NCBI GenBank assembly: GCA_963719085.1
Contig: CAVRAL010000001.1
Location: 96,001 to 160,000 of the forward strand
Length of the DNA: 64,000 bases
Reading direction: 5' to 3'
From: a candidate division FCPU426 bacterium
Lineage (GTDB): Bacteria > Oederibacteriota > Muellerivitia > Muellerivitales > Muellerivitaceae
The notes beneath the pieces are model-generated. The model saw nothing but the letters and a program-made list of their open reading frames with translations. It made no database searches and had not been told where the DNA came from. Of the stretch, positions 56,192 to 64,000 are shown piece by piece. The position numbers and the translations under genes were made by a program. The first letter of the stretch is position 1, and each line of letters begins with the position of its first letter.

Positions 56192-57051
56192 GCGCGATGA
56201 AGGCCAAGCCCAGCCAAGCCAAGCAAAACGCCAATTCGCGTTTGCGCAAATCCATTTACCTGCTGCCCAATCTCTTGACCGCCGCCAATATGGTGTTCGG
56301 TATCCTGTCGATTACTTATTCCATTCAGGATTCACTGACCTTGATGGCGTCGGACAACAGCTCGATTTTGCCCTTTGTGCTGCCGGCCAAACTGATCTTG
56401 GTCTCGATCTTTTTGGATTTCATGGATGGCCGGGTGGCGCGCGCCACCGGCACCACCAGTAAGTTCGGGATGGAATTTGACAGCCTGTCGGATCTGATCA
56501 GCTTCGGCATGGCGCCGGCAATCCTCATTTATCTGTCGGTCCTGCGCTACCTTTCGGTGTGGGGAATCGCGATCACCATCTTTTACGTGGTCTGCGCGGC
56601 GATCCGCCTGGCCCGTTTCAATGTCCAATCCCAAGTCGAGGAAAAGGACCACTTTACCGGATTGCCCAGCCCCGCGGCGGCCGGACTTTTGGCCAGTTAC
56701 GTGCTTTTGTCCCGTTGGGCCGGTTGGTACGGCAAGGGCGTCATCTTGAACAAGGTGATGGGTTGGTATGAGGAAAACATCAGCTTGTGGGAACAAACCA
56801 TTATCCCGGTGATGACCGTGGTGATCGCTTTGGTCATGATCTCCACCATCGCTTATCCCAGCCTTAAAAAATGGAAGCGCGAAACCATTAAGCCCATTAC
56901 GCTGGGTATTGTGGCGCTCATGATTTTTTGCCTGGTTTACGTGTACGAATTCACCGCCTTCGCCCTTTTGGCTTTTTATCTGCTGTGGGGCATTTTCCGC
57001 ATGTTCACGCGTAAAGGCGCCGAGCGATTACGACCCAAACCGACGTCGTAG
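56188..57051 (+). CDS. pssA: CDP-diacylglycerol--serine O-phosphatidyltransferase
   Basis: LPNLLT, DFMDGRVAR...FGMEFDSLSD, RLARFN, FTGLPSP. Confidence 0.92.
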   Translation: MSAMKAKPSQAKQNANSRLRKSIYLLPNLLTAANMVFGILSITYSIQDSLTLMASDNSSILPFVLPAKLILVSIFLDFMDGRVARATGTTSKFGMEFDSLSDLISFGMAPAILIYLSVLRYLSVWGIAITIFYVVCAAIRLARFNVQSQVEEKDHFTGLPSPAAAGLLASYVLLSRWAGWYGKGVILNKVMGWYEENISLWEQTIIPVMTVVIALVMISTIAYPSLKKWKRETIKPITLGIVALMIFCLVYVYEFTAFALLAFYLLWGIFRMFTRKGAERLRPKPTS

Positions 57052-57095
57052 GACCGGCTAAGGCCGTTTGAAGTTTGAAAGAACCAAACCCGCTG

Positions 57096-57188
57096 TTCAC
57101 CACCAAGGCACAAAGACACCAAGAAAATCTTGGGGAAATGACATCAAAAAAATTGCCGTCCTTGGCGCCTTAGTGTCTTGGTGGTGAA
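57096..57188. repeat. Triple-unit inverted repeat element B
   Basis: TTCAC-CACCAAG-G-CACAAAG-A-CACCAAG ... CTTGGCG-C-CTTAGTG-T-CTTGGTG-GTGAA. Confidence 0.85.
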
Positions 57189-57229
57189 AATAATTATCCT
57201 CTGATTTTTATTGAGTAAAGGAAAAAAAC

Positions 57230-58834
57230 ATGAAGACCCAAAAACCCAAAGTAGCAAAAACCCCGGAGACCGTTAAAAGTGAACGCGTTTTTATTTTTGA
57301 CACCACCCTGCGCGATGGGGAGCAGGCGCCGGGTGCCAGCTTGAACACCGACGAAAAACTGAAGATCGCCGCCCAATTGGAAAAACTGGGAGTGGATATT
57401 ATCGAGGCCGGATTCGCGGCTTCGTCCCCCGGTGATTTCGAGGCGGTGGAAAAAGTCTCCAAACTGGTCAAAAAATCCATCGTGGCCAGTCTGTGCCGGG
57501 CTTTGAAAAAAGATATCGACGCCGCCGCCAAGGCGCTGAAGAACGCCAAGCGGGGCCGCATCCACATTTTCATTTCCTCGTCCGACATCCATTTGAAGCA
57601 CATTTTCCGCAAGACCCGGGAAGAGGCTTTGGAGGCCGCCGTGGAAGCGGTCAAATACGCCCGGAAATTTTCCGACGACATCGAGTTTTCCGCCCAGGAC
57701 GCGTCACGGTCGGATCTGGGATACCTGTGCCAGATGATGGAGGCGGTCATCAAGGCCGGCGCCAAAACCATCAATATGCCCGACACCGTGGGCTACACGA
57801 TCCCTGAGGAATACGCCCGGATGGTAACGGTGGTGAAAAACCGCGTGCCCAACATCGACAAGGCGGTCATTTCGGTCCATTGCCACAATGATTTGGGCCT
57901 GGGGGTCGCTAATTCGATCTCCGCCATCCAAGCGGGCGCCCGCCAAGTGGAATGCACCATCAACGGGATCGGGGAGCGCGCGGGCAACGCGAGTCTGGAA
58001 GAAATCGTGATGGCCTTGAAGACCCGGTCGGACAAGTATCCCTTTTCCACCGGCATCAAGACGACCGAGATCTATAAAACCAGCCGCCTGGTCTCGAGCC
58101 TGACCGGTTTTATTTTGCAGCCCAACAAGGCGATCGTCGGCAACAACGCCTTCGCCCATGAGAGCGGCATCCACCAGGACGGCATGCTCAAATACCGACA
58201 GACCTACGAGATCATGACGCCGCAGGAAATCGGTGTTCCGGAGAGCCGGCTGGTTTTGGGCAAACACTCGGGCCGCCACGCTTTCGGCAAGCGGATTGAG
58301 GACCTGGGCTACAACCTGTCCCAAGAGGCCGTCGAGGTCGTCTTCAATAAATTCAAAGACCTGGCGGATAAGAAAAAGAGCGTCTATGACGAGGACATCG
58401 AGGCCTTGATCGAGGAAAAACTCGAGACCGCGTCCGAGCATTATCAATTGACTTATCTGCATACCTCGGCGGGAAGCACGGCCATCCCGACGGCCACCCT
58501 GAAAGTGAAAAAGGGCGATGTGGAAACGCAGGAAGCGGCCACCGGCGACGGTCCCGTGGACGCGGTGTTCAATGCCATTGACCGGGCGACAGGTTTTAAG
58601 GGAAAGCTGGAAAACTATTCCCTCAAGGCCCTCACCCAAGGCCGGGACGCCCAGGGCGAAGTGACGGTCACGGTGGCCGTCAATGGCGACGAGGCCAATG
58701 GCCGGGGTGTTTCCACCGACGTCATCGAGGCTTCCGCCAAGGCCTACTTGAACGGCATCAACAAGCTTTTATTCAAGCACAAGACCAAAAGCGTGAAGGC
58801 GGCCTTTGAGGCGATGAAGGGTTTGAAACTTTAA
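57230..58834 (+). CDS. leuA: 2-isopropylmalate synthase
   Basis: FDTTLRDGEQ, PDTVG, HCHNDLG, GERAGNA, HESGIHQDG, C-terminal regulatory domain. Confidence 0.97.
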   Translation: MKTQKPKVAKTPETVKSERVFIFDTTLRDGEQAPGASLNTDEKLKIAAQLEKLGVDIIEAGFAASSPGDFEAVEKVSKLVKKSIVASLCRALKKDIDAAAKALKNAKRGRIHIFISSSDIHLKHIFRKTREEALEAAVEAVKYARKFSDDIEFSAQDASRSDLGYLCQMMEAVIKAGAKTINMPDTVGYTIPEEYARMVTVVKNRVPNIDKAVISVHCHNDLGLGVANSISAIQAGARQVECTINGIGERAGNASLEEIVMALKTRSDKYPFSTGIKTTEIYKTSRLVSSLTGFILQPNKAIVGNNAFAHESGIHQDGMLKYRQTYEIMTPQEIGVPESRLVLGKHSGRHAFGKRIEDLGYNLSQEAVEVVFNKFKDLADKKKSVYDEDIEALIEEKLETASEHYQLTYLHTSAGSTAIPTATLKVKKGDVETQEAATGDGPVDAVFNAIDRATGFKGKLENYSLKALTQGRDAQGEVTVTVAVNGDEANGRGVSTDVIEASAKAYLNGINKLLFKHKTKSVKAAFEAMKGLKL

Positions 58835-58862
58835 GGCGGCAGTTTCGTCAAATCTATGAAAG

Positions 58863-58892
58863 AAAGGCCCGCCCGTCTGGAGCGGGCCTTTT
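58863..58892 (+). terminator. Hairpin/terminator after leuA
   Basis: AAAGGCCCGC / GCGGGCCTTT stem. Confidence 0.6.
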
Positions 58893-58913
58893 AATTACGG
58901 CAAGGGGTTTTGA

Positions 58914-59984
58914 ATGAAATTCCACATCGTTGTGTTGGCTGGAGACGGCATCGGGCCTGAAATCTGTGAGGAATCGAAAAAAGTTCTCAACCGCGTTGGG
59001 GAAATCTTCGGCCACGAGTTCGAATATGAGCCCCAAGACGCGGGCGGCGCGGCCATCGACAAATACGACACGCCATTGCCGGACCATACCCTCAAGGCCT
59101 GCCTGGCGGCCCAAGCGGTTTTGAAGGCACCCATGGGCGGTCCTAAATGGGACAAGCTCGAGAATAAAAAACGCCCGGAAGCAGGTATTTTGGGCCTTCG
59201 CAAAGGGCTCGACCTTTACGCGAATCTTCGGCCGGTCAAGCTTTTCAAAGCCCTGGAAGGGGCTTCTACTTTGAAGCCGGAAGTCATTTCGGGCGTGGAT
59301 ATGCTGATTGTGCGTGAGCTTATTTCGGGCATCTACTTCGGCGAGCCCCGGGGAATCCACGGCGAAGGAAAAGATCGTTACGGAGTGAACACCGAAATTT
59401 ACCGAACTCCCGAGGTGGAACGCATTGTGACCCTGGCTTTTGATTTGGCCCGGCTTCGCCGCAAAAAAGTCACCAGCGTGGATAAATTTAACGTGTTGGA
59501 ATCGTCGAGGCTTTGGCATGACGTGGCCGAGGAAGTATCCAAAGGCTATCCGGACGTCGCCTTCGAGCATCAGATCGTGGACAACGCGGCCATGCAGCTT
59601 ATCCTCAAACCCAAATCTTTTGACGTGATGGTGACCACCAATATGTTCGGGGATATTCTTTCCGACGAGGCTTCCATGTTGACCGGGTCTTTGGGGATGC
59701 TGCCTTCAGCCTCATTGGGTGGTAATGTGGGACTTTACGAGCCGTCCCACGGGTCCGCGCCCGATATCGCGGGAACCGGCAAAGCCAACCCCTTGGCGAT
59801 GATCCTCTCGACCGCGATGATGATGAAATATAGTTTTCATCTTCAAAAAGAATCCGACGCCATTGAATCCGCGGTGGAGAAGGTGCTAGATAAGGGACTC
59901 CGGACGTCCGATCTGGCGACCGGAAGTGAAAAAACCGTTTCGTGCCAGCAAATGGGCGCGGCGGTTGTGGCCGAGCTTAAGTAA
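58914..59984 (+). CDS. leuB: 3-isopropylmalate dehydrogenase
   Basis: [43 protein letters not shown]. Confidence 0.97.
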   Translation: MKFHIVVLAGDGIGPEICEESKKVLNRVGEIFGHEFEYEPQDAGGAAIDKYDTPLPDHTLKACLAAQAVLKAPMGGPKWDKLENKKRPEAGILGLRKGLDLYANLRPVKLFKALEGASTLKPEVISGVDMLIVRELISGIYFGEPRGIHGEGKDRYGVNTEIYRTPEVERIVTLAFDLARLRRKKVTSVDKFNVLESSRLWHDVAEEVSKGYPDVAFEHQIVDNAAMQLILKPKSFDVMVTTNMFGDILSDEASMLTGSLGMLPSASLGGNVGLYEPSHGSAPDIAGTGKANPLAMILSTAMMMKYSFHLQKESDAIESAVEKVLDKGLRTSDLATGSEKTVSCQQMGAAVVAELK

Positions 59985-59996
59985 CGGAGACTATTT

Positions 59997-60677
59997 TTGA
60001 AACGGTTCGTTTTAAATCCTAAAATCTTTGCTCTTGGATATTTCTTGGGCGGGTTTTTATTTTGGGCGCCTTCCCAAGCCGCGGCGCAGGCCACTCCCAT
60101 GGCTAGTGTCCTAGGACCCCGGGCGACCGAAGTTACCCAAGCCTTATTGGCGGCCCGCACGCCGACCCCGACGCTTTTGCCGGCTCCGACGGTGACCCCG
60201 GTGGCGGTATCCACGGCCTCACGAGGCGCTGCTATTCCTACGGTTACCCCGACGGGAACCTTGACGCCGGTCTTTATGGGAACCGCGACCGCCACCGCGA
60301 CGATCACTAGAACCAGAACGGTGACACCCACCGGAACCCCAACCGCCACCGGCACCCCCACCCCCACCCCGGGCGTCTTTCATTTTAAGATTTCACCCCA
60401 CCCGGTCCAAGGCTCGCTCCACTTTGAGTGGGGGGCCAATATGCAGTCCCAGGAAGTGGATTTGATTGTTTATACCAGCAGTTTCCGGCCGGTGCGGCGG
60501 TTCATTTTTTCGCCGGATAACCGGGTGGATTTTCTAATCCCGGGTGTCCATGAGTTTATTTGGAATGGGTTGGATGAGCAGAATCGGCCCCTTGTTCCGG
60601 GAACCTATCTTTGTTTTATCGACGTGAAGGTCCGTAAGTCCAGTTATGAGGCCAGCGGGGATTTCACCACCCCGTAA
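59997..60677 (+). CDS. Secreted Thr/Pro-rich protein with C-terminal FlgD-Ig-like domain
   Basis: Signal peptide, long TPT/TAT tract, SPHP...VY......VR...WNG.DE....L.PGTY. Confidence 0.75.
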   Translation: MKRFVLNPKIFALGYFLGGFLFWAPSQAAAQATPMASVLGPRATEVTQALLAARTPTPTLLPAPTVTPVAVSTASRGAAIPTVTPTGTLTPVFMGTATATATITRTRTVTPTGTPTATGTPTPTPGVFHFKISPHPVQGSLHFEWGANMQSQEVDLIVYTSSFRPVRRFIFSPDNRVDFLIPGVHEFIWNGLDEQNRPLVPGTYLCFIDVKVRKSSYEASGDFTTP

Positions 60678-60751
60678 ATGGGGGAGAATATGCTATTATT
60701 TCCCTCCCTAAAAAGGGGCGATTCAAACAAGCTTTGAGGGTTAAGAACCAA

Positions 60752-61831
60752 ATGAAAAAGAAAAAAGTAGCCGTTATCGGCGCCACCGGCGTGGCGGGCC
60801 AGCAATTTTTGGCTTCCTTGGCCGGGCATCCCTTTTTTGAAGTTACCGCTTTGGCCGCTTCCGAGCGGTCGGCGGGGAAGACTTTCGAAAAAGCCATCAC
60901 GGACGCCTCCGGCGCGTTCCGCTGGTATTGCCAAGAGCCCTTGTCGCCGGATTTCGCCAAACTCAACGTACAGGACGCCTCCAAACTGGACGCCACCACG
61001 GTGGATCTGATTTTTACCGCCGTGGAATCGGACGCGGCGAAAGAACTGGAACCGCGTTACGCCAAAACGACCCCCGTGGTCTCGACGGCCTCCGCTTTTC
61101 GTTATGAGAAGGACGTTCCCATTTTTATTCCGGGCGTGAACCTGGACCATGACCGGTTGATCCCGATCCAAAAAAAGAACCGGGGCTGGAAAGGTTTCGT
61201 GACCCCGGTACCCAATTGCACCACGATGGGATTGGCCATGACCTTGAAGCCGCTCTATGAGGCCTTCGGGGTAAAGCAAGTTTTGATGACCTCCATGCAG
61301 GCGTTGTCCGGCGCGGGCCGTTCGCCCGGCGTCATCGGCATGGATATTTTGGATAATGTGGTTCCTTATATCCCCAAAGAAGAGGAAAAAGTGGAGTCCG
61401 AAACCCAGAAAATTTTGGGGAAGTTTGTGGGTGAGGGAATTGAGTCCGCGGTTTTCCCGGTCTCGGCGACCTGCACCCGGGTGCCGGTGATGGAAGCCCA
61501 TACGGAAGCCGTTTATGTTTCCTTGGGCCGGGCGGCCTCCGTGGAAGAAGTAAAAGAAGTCTTGAGAAGTTTCGGGAAAGATTTTACCGCCCAAGGTTTT
61601 CCTTCGGCGCCTTCCCGCTTAATTGATGTCAGTGAGGACCCTTACCGTCCCCAGCCGAGGCTTGACCGGGACCGGGAAGGCGGCATGTTGACGAGCGTGG
61701 GCCGGGTCCGTTTGGATCACGCGCTGGCCAACGGGATTAAGTATATGGTGGTTTCCCATAACACCAAAATGGGCGCGGCCAAGGGCGGAATGCTGGTGGC
61801 TGAGTATCTCGTGAAGCAGGGGCATATCTGA
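60752..61831 (+). CDS. asd: Aspartate-semialdehyde dehydrogenase, archaeal/eukaryote-like subfamily
   Basis: GATGVAGQ, AASERSAGK, PNCTT, QALSGAG, CTRVPV, PQPRLDRD, HN..MGAA. Confidence 0.93.
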   Translation: MKKKKVAVIGATGVAGQQFLASLAGHPFFEVTALAASERSAGKTFEKAITDASGAFRWYCQEPLSPDFAKLNVQDASKLDATTVDLIFTAVESDAAKELEPRYAKTTPVVSTASAFRYEKDVPIFIPGVNLDHDRLIPIQKKNRGWKGFVTPVPNCTTMGLAMTLKPLYEAFGVKQVLMTSMQALSGAGRSPGVIGMDILDNVVPYIPKEEEKVESETQKILGKFVGEGIESAVFPVSATCTRVPVMEAHTEAVYVSLGRAASVEEVKEVLRSFGKDFTAQGFPSAPSRLIDVSEDPYRPQPRLDRDREGGMLTSVGRVRLDHALANGIKYMVVSHNTKMGAAKGGMLVAEYLVKQGHI

Positions 61832-61839
61832 TGTCTTGA

Positions 61840-61922
61840 AACAATGATATCGGCTGATGAAGGATGATGTTTTGAAACTGAGATTTGTCCTTATATCAGT
61901 ACCAATCAGCTTTATCATTGTT
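61840..61922. repeat. Triple-unit inverted repeat element D
   Basis: AACAATGAT-ATC-GGCTGAT-GAA-GGATGAT ... ATCAGTA-CCA-ATCAGCT-TT-ATCATTGTT. Confidence 0.6.
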
Positions 61923-61959
61923 GACTTGTTTAAATTCAGACACTTTTAGGAGGCTTCAA

Positions 61960-62472
61960 ATGCAAGAACGCAAGGGTGTGATCACGTTTAAGGGCGGACC
62001 GTTGACTTTGCTGGGACCTGAAATCAAGGTGGGGGATACCGCGCCTTCTTTTAAACTTTTGAACAATGGCTTGGCCGAAGTCAGCCTGGACCAATACAAG
62101 GGCAAAACCCTTATCCTGTCGGTGGCGCCGTCGCTCGATACCCAGGTTTGCGCTATTCAAACGCGCCGCTTCAACAAAGAAATCTCCACTTTGCCGGCGG
62201 GTGTTGAGGTTTTGACCATCACGGCGGACCTGCCTTTCGCCCAAGGCCGCTTTTGCGGGGCTGAGGGAATCACGATCACGACCTTGTCCGATCATCGCGA
62301 TATGTCTTTCGGCGACGCGTACGGCACCCATATCAAGGAATTGCGTTTGGAAGCCCGGTCGATTTTCGTGATCGGCAAAGACGGCAAGGTGAAGTATGTC
62401 GAAATCGTCAAAGAAGTGACCGACCAACCGGATTACGACAAAGCTTTGGCGGCGGCGAAGGCGAACATTTAA
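61960..62472 (+). CDS. tpx: Thiol peroxidase (Tpx peroxiredoxin)
   Basis: PSLDTQVC..QTRRFN, DLPFAQGRFCGAEG, PDYD; ATG after AGGAGG. Confidence 0.95.
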   Translation: MQERKGVITFKGGPLTLLGPEIKVGDTAPSFKLLNNGLAEVSLDQYKGKTLILSVAPSLDTQVCAIQTRRFNKEISTLPAGVEVLTITADLPFAQGRFCGAEGITITTLSDHRDMSFGDAYGTHIKELRLEARSIFVIGKDGKVKYVEIVKEVTDQPDYDKALAAAKANI

Positions 62473-62480
62473 TAGGAAAA

Positions 62481-62587
62481 TTTCACCGCCAAGACGCCAA
62501 GTTCGCCAAGGAAGACAAAACAAAATAAGATTTTAGATGTCTTTTTCTTAGGTTTTCTTGGCGCACTTGGCGTCTTGGCGGTAAATT
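62481..62587. repeat. Triple-unit inverted repeat element C
   Basis: TTTCAC-CGCCAAG-A-CGCCAAG-TT-CGCCAAG ... CTTGGCG-CA-CTTGGCG-T-CTTGGCG-GTAAA. Confidence 0.88.
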
Positions 62588-62632
62588 AGGTTCGGTTTAT
62601 TTCAACACTCTTTCAGGTGGTATGCTTCCGAC

Positions 62633-64000
62633 ATGATTATTTCGGCCCTTCTCTTTTTCTTCACTTTTTTCTTCTATTTGCGCACCCATTGCGCTTCTTT
62701 CAACATCAACGACTCGGGCGAAACCATCATGGTTTGCGACCTTTTAACCGTCGGCCATTCGCCGGGCTATCCGCTCCACGCCCTTTGGGGCCGGGTTTTT
62801 TGCTTGTTGCCCATGGGACAGCCCATGTTCCGAGTGACCCTTTGTTCCATGTTCACCGGCGCCGTCGCGGTGGTGATTCTTTATTGGACCTTGAAGCTGG
62901 TTCTCAAGGAACATCTTTATAGCGGGGGCAAGCTGATCGATAACGACCCTTCGGGCGTGCGGGTCAGCCAATGGCTTTATGAGTGGCCCGCCATTTTTGG
63001 AAGCTTGTGTTTCGCTTTTTCCTACCAGCATTGGTTCCAGGTGGGCGGCTGTAAGGGCGGCATTTACGCGCTGAACACTTTCTTCTCGCTCATGATGCTT
63101 TTCTTGGTTTTCAAATTACGGGAACAAGGCTGGTTTATCCGGTCCTTTTACCTGATGGGTTATTTTTTCAGCCTGGGGCTGGCCCACCATTGGCCCAGCT
63201 CCGGGGTTTTGGTGCCTTGTCTTTTCTGGCTCCTCATCAACAGCCAAAACCGGGTGCCGGTTCCCGCGTTTTTGAGGTTGCTGGTCAATCCGGTGGCCAT
63301 CTTCACCGTGCTTTTGGTTTTTATGGGTTCTTTTTTAATCACCGGCTCCAATTTAATCTTGGGCCTGGCGTTCACCTCGCTGTTCGTGGTTTCTTACACG
63401 GCCATCCGTATTTTTGGCCTGACCCATTACCTGCGCTTCTTTACTTTTTCCGTGATCGGCGTGACCCCTTATCTTTATCTGACCTTCCGGTCCATCCACG
63501 CCCCCATCGTCAATTGGTGGAATCCCGACAACTTCGACCGGCTCTGGGGGACCATTATCCGCAAGGGCTATCAGGACATTGGGGAAAAGCGGGGCTGGGA
63601 AACCTTTCACCGCAATTTCATGCGCTTTTGGTTCCACGCGCACAATCAATTCGGCGACATCTTCACCTTCCTCGTCTTCGCGCTGGCTTTGTGGGGGCTT
63701 TATTGGCTTTGGAAAAAACAACGGGCTAACGCCATTGGTTTCGTGCTTTTCGCCTTCGCCGTTTTCGCCGCCGTGCTTCTTTTCCCCAATCCACTGGAAG
63801 GCTACCAGTGGACGCTGGACAACTTTTTCACCCCCGTATTTCTCATTTTCTCGATCCTGGCCGCCGCGGGGATGGCCAGCTTGATCCAGTTCGCCTTCAA
63901 CCACTGGACCGATATTAGGGCCCGGGGCGCCATCGGCGGATTTTGCCTGGGACTGGCCTTTTTACCGATGGAGCTCAACTATCACGCCGATGACCAAAGC
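62633..64000 (+). CDS. DUF2723 / TMEM260-like GT-C membrane protein, 3'-truncated (absent from ORF track)
   Basis: Hand translation MIISALLFFFTFFFYLRTHCASFNINDSGETIMVCDLLTVGHSPGYPLH...LGLAHHW...NWWNP; frame appears open to window end. Confidence 0.85.
   Translation, partial: MIISALLFFFTFFFYLRTHCASFNINDSGETIMVCDLLTVGHSPGYPLHALWGRVFCLLPMGQPMFRVTLCSMFTGAVAVVILYWTLKLVLKEHLYSGGKLIDNDPSGVRVSQWLYEWPAIFGSLCFAFSYQHWFQVGGCKGGIYALNTFFSLMMLFLVFKLREQGWFIRSFYLMGYFFSLGLAHHWPSSGVLVPCLFWLLINSQNRVPVPAFLRLLVNPVAIFTVLLVFMGSFLITGSNLILGLAFTSLFVVSYTAIRIFGLTHYLRFFTFSVIGVTPYLYLTFRSIHAPIVNWWNPDNFDRLWGTIIRKGYQDIGEKRGWETFHRNFMRFWFHAHNQFGDIFTFLVFALALWGLYWLWKKQRANAIGFVLFAFAVFAAVLLFPNPLEGYQWTLDNFFTPVFLIFSILAAAGMASLIQFAFNHWTDIRARGAIGGFCLGLAFLPMELNYHADDQS

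Noticed and set aside
54311..62587. Short periodic repeats considered as CRISPR or other tandem guide arrays
   Set aside because: Only three ~7-nt units per arm in inverted orientation, no unique spacers of constant length, no cas-like genes nearby
62617..63904. Several short ORFs listed near the window end
   Set aside because: Out-of-frame or antisense to the DUF2723-like CDS starting at 62633, which the track omits because it lacks a stop in the window

Overview
Bacterial chromosomal window, mid-50s % GC by eye, almost entirely + strand and dominated by housekeeping genes. Gene order: two tandem GAF-GGDEF diguanylate cyclases; rho, a LysM/M23 peptidase, rpmE-prfA-prmC; rpoB-rpoC directly after prmC (no rplKAJL); and the contiguous str/S10/spc/alpha superoperon (rpsL to rplQ, including rpmD and rpmJ, which the ORF track missed). 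An accessory block (35.5-51.6 kb) holds cardiolipin synthase, an FG-GAP protein with a T9SS/FlgD-like tail, a small repeat protein, a glycogen debranching enzyme, membrane proteins and a divergent pair of transglutaminase-domain genes. The window ends with an ilvB-ilvN-ilvC-psd-pssA-leuA-leuB cluster headed by a leader-peptide attenuator, then asd, tpx and a DUF2723-like gene cut by the window end. No rRNA, tRNA, CRISPR array or intact transposase was seen. Most notable: (i) four intergenic inverted-repeat elements that share a 'three short units per arm' architecture but differ in sequence; (ii) a divergent amidoligase-transglutaminase / pseudo-amidotransferase-transglutaminase pair with overlapping, near-leaderless promoters; (iii) structured intergenic inserts at rpoC-rpsL and rpmC-rpsQ; (iv) a rewritten conserved loop in L2. 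Protein style (Thr/Pro linkers plus FlgD/T9SS-like tails, GT-C enzymes) suggests an uncultured lineage such as FCPU426. That is inference only. All domain calls come from motif recognition by eye; no database searches were run.
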